Source of the DNA: Actinomycetota bacterium
Lineage (GTDB): Bacteria > Actinomycetota > Thermoleophilia > Miltoncostaeales > Miltoncostaeaceae
DNA: 64,000 nucleotides
Assembly (NCBI GenBank): GCA_031376485.1
Contig: JANMDV010000057.1
Location: forward strand, 14,092-78,091
Direction of reading: 5' to 3'
Positions 49,881 to 59,544 of this stretch are shown here, in pieces. The first letter of the stretch is position 1. Each line of letters opens with the position of its first letter. The notes below the pieces were generated by a model. The model was given only the letters and a program-made list of their open reading frames with translations. It was not told the origin of the DNA and made no database searches. Position numbers and translations under genes: made by a program.

Positions 49881-52523
49881 CTACGAAGCGGAGTTCGGCG
49901 CATCCGTCAGGGTGAGCCTTCCCTCGACCTGCAATGCGTCGAGGGCATCGGCGACGTGAGGGTCGAACTGTGTGCCCGAACAGGCACGGACTTCACGAAG
50001 CGCCTCCGCCTGGCTGCGTGGCACCCCGTACACCCGGACACTCGTCATCGCGTCCCACGCGTCGGCGAGGGCGACGATGCGGGCTCCGTCGGGGATCTCG
50101 GTTCCTGACAGACGATCCGGGTAGCCCAATCCGTCCCAGCGCTCGTGGTGACCGCGCACCCACGAGACCTGATCGGGTTGCAGCACGTCCGAAACGATCT
50201 CGGCGCCGAGGCGCGCGTGCGTCGCGACTTCGGTGAACTCTTGCGGGGTGAGCCGTTCAGGCTTGAAGAGGAGAGCGTCGGCAACGCCGATCTTGCCGAC
50301 ATCGTGCAGCAGCGCGGCCTCCTCCAACAGGATCAGTCGATCCTGACTCCATCCCATGTGGGAGCCGAGTCGCACCGCGACGGCCGCCACCCGCTCTGCA
50401 TGACGCGCGGTCGAAGGATCCTTGGCGTCCACGGCCCGTGCCAGCGCCCGAAGCGCGGTCACTCCCTGACTGCGTGCCAGCCGTTCCGCCCGCTCCGTCA
50501 CCGAAAGCTCCTGGACGACCTCGGGTGAGTACCGCAACGTGACGTTGCGTCCATGGGCCTTGGCCCAGTAGAGCGCTCCGTCTGCCAGACGAAGGAGCGA
50601 CCCCGCATCAGACGCCTGAGTCAGGTCCGCGACACCCGCCGATGCGGTGATCGCGCCCACCCCCCCGGCGAACGGGGTCGCGGCGACCGCAAGGCGGGCG
50701 CGTTCGGCCGCACGCCACGCATTGATTCCATCGCTGCCCGGGAGGATCCAGGCGAACTCCTCGCCGCCGATCCGGGCGACCAGCTCACCGAACCGCGCCT
50801 CGCCGGCGAGGCGTCGGGCGGCTCCGGCCAGAACCTCGTCGCCGACTTGGTGGCCGAAGGCGTCGTTGACTTCCTTGAAGCGGTCCAGGTCAAGGACGAC
50901 CAGGGCCAGCTCGCCGTCTTCGGCGCGCGCGCGCGCGATTTCCTGCTCCAGCCGCTCGTGGAAATGCCGGTGGTTGGCAAGACCCGTGAGCGGATCCGTG
51001 GCGGCCTGGCTGGCAAGCCGGGCACGGGCATCGGCGTTCGCAACCGTCAGGCCCACGAGTTCGGCAAACCGACCGATGCGCTGTTCGGATCCCTCGGGCA
51101 ACCCGCCGTCGCGTGTCGTGAGCGCTGCGACAGCACCCCATCGCACGGCCCCCACGGCAACCGGAGCGGCGACGCCTGCACGGTATCCCTGGCCGGTCAG
51201 CACCTGTGCGGTTGTGAAGTCGATTCCACTGAAGTCAGCGACATGAACCGCCTCGCCGAAGCGGGCGACCAGCGCGGTGGGCGCGCCACCATCCAGCGGG
51301 ACGCGAGGGGGGGGTCGGTCGGCGGGCGAGTCAGGGTCGAGCCAGACGCCGACGTCAACGCCCCGATCTGCGACCAGGTCGAAGCGGGTGACGACTCCGG
51401 CCTCGACGCCCAGCATGAGCGCAACCTCCCGCGCCACCATGTCGAACACCTCGGAGGGCTCTGCCCCTCGTGCGACCACCGTCGCCACGCGCCGCAGAAC
51501 GTCCTGCTCGGCGGCACGCTCGCGAAACTCCAACTCGGCCCGCTTGCGGTCGGTCACATCTTTGAGGATGTGGACCCAGCCGACGGTCCCGGCGCCCTCC
51601 GCGAGTGGCGACGAGGTCAGGATGACCAGGCGATTGTCGCCATCGGGACCCGCGATCTCGATGTCGACCTCGCCTGTGAAGTCGGACGCGACCCCGGACG
51701 CCCATGGTGGGGGCGCGCCAATGAGGTCAGTGTCACTCGCGCCGGTCATCTGGCAGAGCCGTGCGTTCGCCTCGGCGACACGACCAGAGCTGTCGAGGAC
51801 CGCCACGCCGTCCTGCACCGCGGCCATCACGGCCGCGGTCGCGTCCCGCTCAGCTGCGATCTGTGCGAGCGCCCCGCGGCGGGCGCGATCGATCGCGGTC
51901 CACAGGACGCCATTGGCTGCCAGCAAGAGCACCACGAGCCCTCCCAGAATTGCCACCAGCCGAATGACGATCCGCTCCTGGGATCGGCCCTTCGCGACGA
52001 CCTGGCGATCAACCACGGTGAACCACTCGGTAAGCGTCCGTTCGACCGCGCCGATCCCGGCATCCGCGCGGGCGATGAACGCGCGGTCCTGCGCTGACCC
52101 CGGAAGGATCGTCGACGTGTCTCCCGACACGATCGCGCCCAGGGAGGCGGCGGCGGCCGAGGCGCGCTTGATGACGTCTGCCTCTGCAGCGATCCCTGCC
52201 CGCTGGGTAACGAGCGTGCCGAGGTTCGCGGCGCCGGCGGCGAACTGGGCTTTGAGCGCAGGGGGGATCTCGGCGGTCTCATTCCGGTCGGGCATTCGCC
52301 AATAGGCCAGTTGGGCAGCGCGAATCTCATCGCGAAGTCCGACGAGGGTGCCTCGAGCGCCTTCGTCTTTATCCCGCGCGTCGCCGATCGACACGACGCT
52401 CAACGCGATCACGGTCGCGGCAACGACAGTTGCAAGGGCGGTCACGGTGACGAGCACGATCTGAATGCGGTGCAGGAAGCGGATGCGCTCGCCGGAGGTA
52501 CTCCCGGCGCCGATCACCGCCAC
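49881..52523 (-). CDS. membrane sensor with PAS, GAF, GGDEF (diguanylate cyclase) and HD-GYP (c-di-GMP phosphodiesterase) domains
   Basis: Track ORF 49881..52523. Two TMS flank a periplasmic region. RIGGEEFAWILPG is an intact GGEEF. HDVGKIGV and HHERWDGLGYP make up HD-GYP. Confidence 0.9.
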   Translation of the reverse strand: MAVIGAGSTSGERIRFLHRIQIVLVTVTALATVVAATVIALSVVSIGDARDKDEGARGTLVGLRDEIRAAQLAYWRMPDRNETAEIPPALKAQFAAGAANLGTLVTQRAGIAAEADVIKRASAAAASLGAIVSGDTSTILPGSAQDRAFIARADAGIGAVERTLTEWFTVVDRQVVAKGRSQERIVIRLVAILGGLVVLLLAANGVLWTAIDRARRGALAQIAAERDATAAVMAAVQDGVAVLDSSGRVAEANARLCQMTGASDTDLIGAPPPWASGVASDFTGEVDIEIAGPDGDNRLVILTSSPLAEGAGTVGWVHILKDVTDRKRAELEFRERAAEQDVLRRVATVVARGAEPSEVFDMVAREVALMLGVEAGVVTRFDLVADRGVDVGVWLDPDSPADRPPPRVPLDGGAPTALVARFGEAVHVADFSGIDFTTAQVLTGQGYRAGVAAPVAVGAVRWGAVAALTTRDGGLPEGSEQRIGRFAELVGLTVANADARARLASQAATDPLTGLANHRHFHERLEQEIARARAEDGELALVVLDLDRFKEVNDAFGHQVGDEVLAGAARRLAGEARFGELVARIGGEEFAWILPGSDGINAWRAAERARLAVAATPFAGGVGAITASAGVADLTQASDAGSLLRLADGALYWAKAHGRNVTLRYSPEVVQELSVTERAERLARSQGVTALRALARAVDAKDPSTARHAERVAAVAVRLGSHMGWSQDRLILLEEAALLHDVGKIGVADALLFKPERLTPQEFTEVATHARLGAEIVSDVLQPDQVSWVRGHHERWDGLGYPDRLSGTEIPDGARIVALADAWDAMTSVRVYGVPRSQAEALREVRACSGTQFDPHVADALDALQVEGRLTLTDAPNSAS

Positions 52524-52619
52524 GGCCCACGCCCCTGGATATCACACACAGGTTTCATAAGGTGAGGATACTTCAATTTTACGGGGTGACGGAGACCGCA
52601 GACTGCCGACCGCTGAGAC

Positions 52620-54107
52620 ATGCGCTGCTACCCTCCCGCGCCGATGTCCGTACGCGCCATGCCCCGGCCGGCACTCGTCGTCCTCGCCGTCGGCATATGT
52701 GTCGTGGGCATGCTCGCCGCCGTCAACCCACTCGCCGGGCTGGGCCTGGCGGTCGCAGGACTTGCGGTCGTGATCCTGAGGACGACGGAGCTGCCGCGAC
52801 TCGGCCGCGTCGCCGTCGGCGCGGCTGCCGTCACGGCGATCCTCGGTCCGAATCTGGCATTGCCACAAGCGCCGTCGCTCTTTGCGTTCCGCGTGGTGAT
52901 CGTGCTGCTCGGCCTGGGAGTGGTGGCCTACCTGCTGATGGATGGCCGGCTCGTCATCCCACGCGGGTTGCCCCGGACGGCCGGTCTTCTGATCGGCCTG
53001 ACGGCGTGGTCGCTCCTCTCGATCTTCTGGTCGACCGACGCCGCCGCCGCGCTTCGCTGGACGTTGTTCTTGGTGATGATGGCGGGGCTCGCGATCGGAA
53101 TCCCCCTGGCGTTTCGACGGCGTCTGGCCGCCATCCGGCTCCTGATCGCGCTGGGAGTGACGTTTACCGTCGCGACCGCCCTTGCGCTCGCCGAGGTCAG
53201 GTTCGGCGTCAGGCTGCCCACCTCGACGCTCGCGGGAAGCACCCGGGACGCGGCGTTTGCCACCAGCCTGTTCGGCAACCAGAACAACTTCGCGACGTAC
53301 CTGACCCTGACACTGCCGTACTTCCTGTGCCTGCCGATCGTCTTCCGTGACGCGCGCCTGATCGCATTGGGCGCCGTCGGCGGCGCCGTCACCCTGGCCG
53401 CACTCCTGTTTACCGGGAGCCGCTCCAACCTGATCGCGACGTTCCTGGTGCTGGGCGGCCTCGTCCTGGTGCTCGCCACCGACCGACGGCGACGCGGGCG
53501 GGCGGTGGGCGGTATCACCGTTGCGGTCCTGGCCGTGTTGCTGGTGGCGCCCTCGCTCGGGGGCGGAGGGCTCATCCCGCTGCCGGAGCGGATCGTCACG
53601 AAGTTCGACATCAGCATCTTGTCCCAACAACAGAAGGCAGGCCTGGGGTCGGGCGCCGTGCGCGCATCGGTTCTCGACGAGGGGCTCGGGCTCGTCGCCG
53701 ACTCCGGCGGGCTCGGCGTCGGCGCCGGCAACGCCGAGACGCGCGTCCGCTCGCTCGCCAACTTCACCGGCGTCGAGAACCTGCACAACTGGTGGCTCGA
53801 AGTCCTGGTCAACCTGGGCGTCGTCGGATTCGCGCTCTACCTGGGCTTCTACCTGACGCTCCTTCGCGGCCAGCTTCGCGCGGCACGTCGAACCGAGGAC
53901 CCGTTCGTGCGTTGGCTCGGGTTGGCCGGTGGGCTGTCACTTGTGGGATTTGTCGTGGGTTCGCTGGGACCGGCATCCGTGATCCACTTTGCACCCATGT
54001 GGATCACATTCGGCCTCGGCATGCTGACGCTCGTGATGGCACGCGCGGCCGACACCCCCGTCGCGTCCTCGGCGGGCGACACCCAACGTGTGGAGCACAC
54101 GCAGTGA
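52620..54107 (+). CDS. O-antigen ligase/polymerase-like (Wzy_C) membrane protein, second copy
   Basis: Track ORF 52620..54107. Polytopic, with FTGSRSNLIATF and NLHNWWLEVLVNLGVVGFALYL. The start could instead be ATG 52644. Confidence 0.8.
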   Translation: MRCYPPAPMSVRAMPRPALVVLAVGICVVGMLAAVNPLAGLGLAVAGLAVVILRTTELPRLGRVAVGAAAVTAILGPNLALPQAPSLFAFRVVIVLLGLGVVAYLLMDGRLVIPRGLPRTAGLLIGLTAWSLLSIFWSTDAAAALRWTLFLVMMAGLAIGIPLAFRRRLAAIRLLIALGVTFTVATALALAEVRFGVRLPTSTLAGSTRDAAFATSLFGNQNNFATYLTLTLPYFLCLPIVFRDARLIALGAVGGAVTLAALLFTGSRSNLIATFLVLGGLVLVLATDRRRRGRAVGGITVAVLAVLLVAPSLGGGGLIPLPERIVTKFDISILSQQQKAGLGSGAVRASVLDEGLGLVADSGGLGVGAGNAETRVRSLANFTGVENLHNWWLEVLVNLGVVGFALYLGFYLTLLRGQLRAARRTEDPFVRWLGLAGGLSLVGFVVGSLGPASVIHFAPMWITFGLGMLTLVMARAADTPVASSAGDTQRVEHTQ

Positions 54108-55297
54108 AGATCCTCATCCTGTCGCACCTGTATCCGAGCGCCGTCGACCCCACGGCGGGGACGTTCGTACACGAGCAGGTGTCGGCACTGATCGAACTGG
54201 GCCACGACGTGCGCGTGGTATCGCCAAAAGCGTTCGCGCCCCCGCTCCTCAAACGATGGGCCCGCTACCACGACATCCCGCGCGGTGACCGTGTCGCCGG
54301 CGTTCCCGTCTTGTACCCGCGCAAGGTGACGCTGCCCGGCGGGCGGCTGGGCCACTGGAACGCCGAGTCCATGCGCCTGGCCATCGCCGGACCCCTGGCG
54401 CGCATCCACTCGCGCTGGCCGTTTGACGTCATCCATGCCCACATGCTCGTGCCCGACGGCTGGGCCGCCGCACGCGTGGGGGCGAAGCTCGGCGTCCCCG
54501 TGCTGGCCACAGCCCATCGGGCGGATGTGCTGGATGTCCCCGCGCGCGGTGGTGCGCAGCGCACACAGGTCGAGCAAACCGTCGCCACCGTCGACCAGAT
54601 CGTCGCGGTCAGCCGGGCAATGAAAGCCGCCTGCGACAACCTGGCAACCCCACGCCGCCCCGTCGCGGTCGTGCCGAACGGCGCCGACACACGGGTGTTC
54701 TTCCCTCGGGACCGCGCCGAGGCACGCCAACGTTTGGGATTGCCCCTGGACGCGCCCGTCGTCACGTTCGTGGGCATGTTGACGCCACGCAAGGGGATCG
54801 ACACGCTCATCGAGGCCATGGGCCTCCTTGCGCGCACCGACCTGGGCGCGCCAATCCTGGCGATCGCCGGTATCGGCGAGCTACAGGGGTCGCTCGAGGC
54901 GCGTGCCCGCACGCTGGGCATCGCGGATCGTCTGCGGTTTGCCGGCAAGGTCGCACACGACGAGGTGGCGTGGTGGATGGCCGCGGGCGACGTGTTCTGC
55001 CTGCCGAGCCTCAGCGAGGGACTCCCCACCGTCGTGTGCGAGGCCATGGCGTGCGGGCGGGCGGTCGTGGCGACCGCGGTCGACGGCACGCCCGAGATCG
55101 TGGACGACGGCGCCACCGGCCTGTTGGTACCCCCGCGCGACGCGCAGTCGCTCGCGACCGCGCTGGAGCGCCTGCTGGGCGACGACACGCTGCGCCAAAG
55201 GTTTGAGGACGAGGCGCTGGCGCGGGCCCGTCAGACTTACACGTGGGCCGCCAACGCCCGAGCGCACGTCGGCCTGTACGAGGCGATCGCGCGATGA
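54104..55297 (+). CDS. glycosyltransferase family 4
   Basis: Part of track ORF 53792..55297. The GTG 54104 start (GTGA overlap) gives VKILILSHLYPSAVDP. EX7E region SEGLPTVVCEAMACGRAVVATAVDGTPEIV. Confidence 0.88.
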   Translation: MKILILSHLYPSAVDPTAGTFVHEQVSALIELGHDVRVVSPKAFAPPLLKRWARYHDIPRGDRVAGVPVLYPRKVTLPGGRLGHWNAESMRLAIAGPLARIHSRWPFDVIHAHMLVPDGWAAARVGAKLGVPVLATAHRADVLDVPARGGAQRTQVEQTVATVDQIVAVSRAMKAACDNLATPRRPVAVVPNGADTRVFFPRDRAEARQRLGLPLDAPVVTFVGMLTPRKGIDTLIEAMGLLARTDLGAPILAIAGIGELQGSLEARARTLGIADRLRFAGKVAHDEVAWWMAAGDVFCLPSLSEGLPTVVCEAMACGRAVVATAVDGTPEIVDDGATGLLVPPRDAQSLATALERLLGDDTLRQRFEDEALARARQTYTWAANARAHVGLYEAIAR

Positions 55298-56637
55298 CCC
55301 AGCCGGTCCGCGAAGTCGCGCTCGTCTGCACGAGCGACGATCCGGCCCTGGCCGACCGGCTCCGCGATGCGACCTCGCGCGAGGTCGTCCCCACGGTGGT
55401 CATCCGCGGGGCCGATGCCCGCGCACGGCGGCTCGCGCAGGCGGCGGGCGCGGAGATCACGACGGAACCCGTCGCAGACACCGCCGATCGGGTTGTGCTG
55501 CGGACGTGGGACGGACCGGCCCTGGACGCGCTTTTGGAGCGGGGCTGGCGGTTGGGACCGGTCGGCAGCGCCCCCCTGGCCGTCCCGGTGCGCCTGGACG
55601 GGCTGCGGGCACTCCACCTGACCAGCGTCCACCGACCCGACGACGGACGAATCTTCCACAAGGAGGTCGCCGCGCTCCGTGCGGCGGGGGCCGACGCGAC
55701 CGTCCTGGGCCTCGATCCGCGGCCGCCACGCGCGCGCAGGGCGGCGGCCGGGTGGCGACTGGTCGCCGAAGCCCGGCGGCGCGACGTCGACGTCGTCCAC
55801 ATCCACGACCCCGAGCTTTTGCCCGCCGCATGGCTTCTGCGGCGGCGCACCGGCCGGCCCGTCATCTACGACGCGCATGAGTATCTGGGACAGACCACGC
55901 GCACCAAGCCGTGGATCCCCGCGCGACTCCGCGCGCCCGCCGCCATCGCCGTCGCGCACATCGAGCACGCCCTGGCAGGCGGGATCGATGCCGTCGTCAC
56001 GGTCACCGAGGATATGGCCGTCGGGTTCGCCGATGCCGGTGTCCGCGCCGTCAGCGTCGCCAACTACGCGCCGATGGCGCGCTTTCCCGATCCGGGCGAG
56101 CCCGAAGGCCGGTTGGTGGTCTACGTGGGCGGCGTCAGCCGGTCGCGCGGCCTCGATCTGATGCTGCAGGCGTTCGCGATGGTGGACGTCCCCGACGCAC
56201 GACTGCTTCTTGCGGGTCCCGGCGATCCGGGGTCCCTGCCGCCGCGGGTCGAGCATGTGGGGTGGGTCGACTACACCGACGTGCCCGGCCTGCTGCGACG
56301 TGCCGCGGTCGTGTGGATGCCCCAACCCCGGACGCCCAATTGGGATCGCGCCCGCCCCACCAAGGTCATGGAGGCCATGGCGTCGGGACGCCCCGTCGTG
56401 ACCAGTGACCTGCGGCGGACGGTCGCGATGGTGCGACAAGCCGGATGTGGGATGGTCGTCCCGTATGACGACCCAGGCGCCCACGCCGCCGCCCTGACGG
56501 AACTGCTGCGCGACCCCGTGCGGGCGCGGGCCCTGGGAGCCGCAGGCCGCGCGGCGTTCACAGACCGGATGACGTTCGAGGGCGAGGCCGCAAAACTGGT
56601 CAGGCTCTACGCCGAGCTGACAGGACGTGCTGCGTGA
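55294..56637 (+). CDS. glycosyltransferase family 4 with about 110-aa N-terminal extension
   Basis: Part of track ORF 55243..56637, starting at ATG 55294 (ATGA overlap). The GT4 core begins near LRALHLTSVHRPDDGRIFHKE. Also KVMEAMASGRPVVTSDL. Confidence 0.8.
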   Translation: MTQPVREVALVCTSDDPALADRLRDATSREVVPTVVIRGADARARRLAQAAGAEITTEPVADTADRVVLRTWDGPALDALLERGWRLGPVGSAPLAVPVRLDGLRALHLTSVHRPDDGRIFHKEVAALRAAGADATVLGLDPRPPRARRAAAGWRLVAEARRRDVDVVHIHDPELLPAAWLLRRRTGRPVIYDAHEYLGQTTRTKPWIPARLRAPAAIAVAHIEHALAGGIDAVVTVTEDMAVGFADAGVRAVSVANYAPMARFPDPGEPEGRLVVYVGGVSRSRGLDLMLQAFAMVDVPDARLLLAGPGDPGSLPPRVEHVGWVDYTDVPGLLRRAAVVWMPQPRTPNWDRARPTKVMEAMASGRPVVTSDLRRTVAMVRQAGCGMVVPYDDPGAHAAALTELLRDPVRARALGAAGRAAFTDRMTFEGEAAKLVRLYAELTGRAA

Positions 56638-57884
56638 GGGTCCTGTACGTCTCCCAGTACTTCGTGCGCGGCGACCAGCCCGGTGGGGTGCGCCACTGGC
56701 ATCACACACGGGCGCTCGCCGATCGCGGCCACGACGTCCACGTCGTCACCTCCTACGTGCAGCACAAGGAGCGCAGCGTCCCCCAGGAGTTCACGGGACG
56801 TCGCATCGTCCGACGCGACGAGGACGGCATGGTGGTCTGGCGGACCTACGCCACCCCGGGGTACGGCGTCGACATGCGGTCACGCCTTGCCAACTATCTG
56901 AGCTTTGCGTTCTGGGCCTTGGCGGCGGGAATTCGCGCACCCAGACCGGCCGTCGTGGTCGCGTCATCCCCGTCGCTCCCAGCAGCCGCGGGTGCGGCGA
57001 TCCTCGCGTTGGTCAAACGCGCGTCGTTCGTACTGGAGGTCCGCGACCTGTGGCCGGGATCGGCAGTCGCCATGGGCCTGGTGCGCCAAGGTGGGGTCAT
57101 CTACCGGGTCGCCCGCGCGCTGGAGTGGTTCTGCTACCGCCGCGCCAGGCACATCGTCGCGCTGACGGACGGCATCAGGGACGCGATCATCGCCACCGGC
57201 ATCCCGGCCGCGCGCGTGACCCTGATCACGAACGGCGTCGACCGGCGCGAAACCCCTGCCGGTTCGGTGGACGTCCCGGTCCCGGCCGACGCGTTCGTCG
57301 CGATGTACGTCGGCGCGCATGGCACGTACAGCTCGTTGGGGACGGTTCTGGACGCCGCACAGGCGCTTGACGACGATCCCTTGGTGCGGTTCGTGCTGGT
57401 CGGCGGGGGGGACCAGAAGCCCGCGTTGCAGGCCGACGCCGCGCGACGCGGCCTGACCAACGTCGTGTTCGTCGACCCGGTGCCCAAACGCGACGTGCCG
57501 GCCTGGCTTGCCCGGGCGGACGTCTGCCTGCTGCCCTACCAAGACCGCGCGCTGTTCGCAGGCGCCCTCCCCAACAAGACGTTCGACTACATGGGGGCGG
57601 GCAAACCGATCATCGCGGCCGTCCCCGTCGGCGAGCTTTCCCGGCTCGTCGCGGCCGCCGACTGCGGCATTGCCATCGCGCCCGAGGATCCCGGCGCAAT
57701 GGCCGACGCCATCCGGCGCCTGGCCGCCGATCGCGCCCTTGCGGCCCGGTTCGGAGCCGCCGGCGCCGAGTTTGTCTGCACCCACTACGACAGGAAGGCC
57801 CTCGCCGAGCGGTTTGTCGCGGTCGTCGAGGGGTGTCATCCGTCAACCGGCGGAGACCGACGTGGAATGGGGGCGGGGTCATAG
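56634..57884 (+). CDS. glycosyltransferase family 4 (WcaI/WbuB-like)
   Basis: Track ORF 56634..57884 with a GTG start (GTGA overlap). MRVLYVSQYFVRGDQPGGVRHWHHTRALADRGHDVHVVT. Confidence 0.85.
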   Translation: MRVLYVSQYFVRGDQPGGVRHWHHTRALADRGHDVHVVTSYVQHKERSVPQEFTGRRIVRRDEDGMVVWRTYATPGYGVDMRSRLANYLSFAFWALAAGIRAPRPAVVVASSPSLPAAAGAAILALVKRASFVLEVRDLWPGSAVAMGLVRQGGVIYRVARALEWFCYRRARHIVALTDGIRDAIIATGIPAARVTLITNGVDRRETPAGSVDVPVPADAFVAMYVGAHGTYSSLGTVLDAAQALDDDPLVRFVLVGGGDQKPALQADAARRGLTNVVFVDPVPKRDVPAWLARADVCLLPYQDRALFAGALPNKTFDYMGAGKPIIAAVPVGELSRLVAAADCGIAIAPEDPGAMADAIRRLAADRALAARFGAAGAEFVCTHYDRKALAERFVAVVEGCHPSTGGDRRGMGAGS

Positions 57885-57898
57885 GCCGCCCAAGTGCC

Positions 57899-58543
57899 GT
57901 GTCGAAGGTGGCGTATAGCCGCCCCAAGCGTGCGCTCGATTTGGTGATCGCGGTGCCCCTGTTCGTCGTGGCGGCGCCGGTGATGGTCGCTGTGGCGGTG
58001 TGGGTGCGGCACGATTCCCCGGGCCCGGTCCTCTTTCGTCAGGAGCGGGTCGGGTTGCACGGACGGCCGTTCCGGTTGCTCAAGTTCCGGACGATGGTGG
58101 TCGGTGCGGAGCGATTGGGTGCGGGCCTTGCGATCGACCGGGACGACGCGCGCATCACCCGCGCGGGCACGACCTTGCGGCGACTGTCGCTCGACGAGCT
58201 GCCCCAGTTGTGGAACGTGATCCGCGGCGACATGAGCATCGTGGGTCCGCGGCCGACAGTGGCGGCACAGGTCGCGCGCTACACCGACCTGCAGCGGCGC
58301 AGGCTCGAGGCACGGCCCGGCATCACGGGCCTCGCACAGGTGCGCGGGCGGGCTTCGATCCCGTGGTCGCAGCGGATCGCGATCGACATCGAGTACATCG
58401 ACCGATGGAGTCTCGGGTTGGACCTGCAGATTATGCTGCGTACCATCGCGGTCGTCGTGCGGCGCGACGACACCTACCGCGGGGAGACCGGCGGATTCGA
58501 CCTGCCCCCGATCGACGTGGAGGACCCACCATCGCCGAAGTGA
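57899..58543 (+). CDS. polyprenyl-phosphate sugar-phosphate transferase (small monotopic 'bacterial sugar transferase')
   Basis: Track ORF 57833..58543. KRALDLVIAVPLFVV, FRQERVG, LLKFRTM and DELPQLWNVIRGDMSIVGPRP. The GTG 57899 start is a guess. Confidence 0.88.
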   Translation: MSKVAYSRPKRALDLVIAVPLFVVAAPVMVAVAVWVRHDSPGPVLFRQERVGLHGRPFRLLKFRTMVVGAERLGAGLAIDRDDARITRAGTTLRRLSLDELPQLWNVIRGDMSIVGPRPTVAAQVARYTDLQRRRLEARPGITGLAQVRGRASIPWSQRIAIDIEYIDRWSLGLDLQIMLRTIAVVVRRDDTYRGETGGFDLPPIDVEDPPSPK

Positions 58544-59535
58544 CCGTTCTGTTGACCTGCGCGGGATCGCGCGTCGACATCGTGCGTGCGTTCCAGGCCG
58601 CCCTTCCCGACGGCCCCCACAACGTCCGCGTGTTGATCAGCGACGCGGGCGAGGCCTCGCCGACGCGGTTCGCCGCCGACGGCGTCGTCGACCTGCCCAT
58701 GGTCGAAGACCCCGGCTACCGCGCGGCCGTCGTCGCGGTCTGCCGGCGCGAGCAGGTGCGGGCGCTCTTGCCGCTGACGGATCTGGACCCTGTGCTCTTG
58801 GCCACGTCCGCGCCCGAACTCGCCGCGATCGGCACTTCGGTGTTCTTGCCCGAGCCCCATGTGGCGCTGGGATGCCAGGACAAGTGGGAGTGCCACCAGA
58901 TGTTGCAGGCCGCGGGCCTGCCGTCGCCGCCGACGTGGCTGGCGGGCTCGGTCGACCTGGCCGACCTGCCGTACCCGATGCTGCTGAAACCGCGTTTGGG
59001 CTTCGCCGCGCGCCACATCTACCGGGCCGCCGATGCCGACGAGCTCGCGTTCTTCGAGCGCTACTCCCCGCTCGAATCGGTGTACCAGCAAGCCCTCGAC
59101 GGAATCGAGTTCTCGACCGACTGCCTGGGCGACCTGCAGGGACGGGCACTCGGCGCGATCCCGCGCTCGATGATGCAGGCCAAGGGCGGTGAGCAGGTCA
59201 AAGGCGAGTCGCTCGACGACCCGCAACTCGTGGAATTGGCCGTGCGCACGGTCGAGATGTTGGGCCTGCGGGGCCCGTCATGCATTCAGTGTTTTCGCAA
59301 GGACGGCGAGATCCAGGGCATCACCGACATCAACACGCGGTTCGGCGGAGGATTCCCGCTGCCCCTCGCCGCAGGGGGCGGATACCCGGAGTTGATCGTG
59401 CGGATCGCCGCGGGCGAACACCCCGAATCGCGCGTGGGCGCGCACCGCGCCGGGGTCGTCATGACCCGTTACCTCGACCAGACGATCCTTCATCGGGCAC
59501 CCGGAGGGTTTCTGGCCGTCCCGGGCAACGGGTAG
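58540..59535 (+). CDS. ATP-grasp domain protein
   Basis: Part of track ORF 58000..59535, starting at GTG 58540 (GTGA overlap). Pattern DKWECHQMLQAAGLPSP..YPMLLKPRLGFAARHIY..GIEFSTD..ITDINTRFGGG. Confidence 0.7.
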   Translation: MTVLLTCAGSRVDIVRAFQAALPDGPHNVRVLISDAGEASPTRFAADGVVDLPMVEDPGYRAAVVAVCRREQVRALLPLTDLDPVLLATSAPELAAIGTSVFLPEPHVALGCQDKWECHQMLQAAGLPSPPTWLAGSVDLADLPYPMLLKPRLGFAARHIYRAADADELAFFERYSPLESVYQQALDGIEFSTDCLGDLQGRALGAIPRSMMQAKGGEQVKGESLDDPQLVELAVRTVEMLGLRGPSCIQCFRKDGEIQGITDINTRFGGGFPLPLAAGGGYPELIVRIAAGEHPESRVGAHRAGVVMTRYLDQTILHRAPGGFLAVPGNG

Positions 59536-59544
59536 GTTGCGCGG

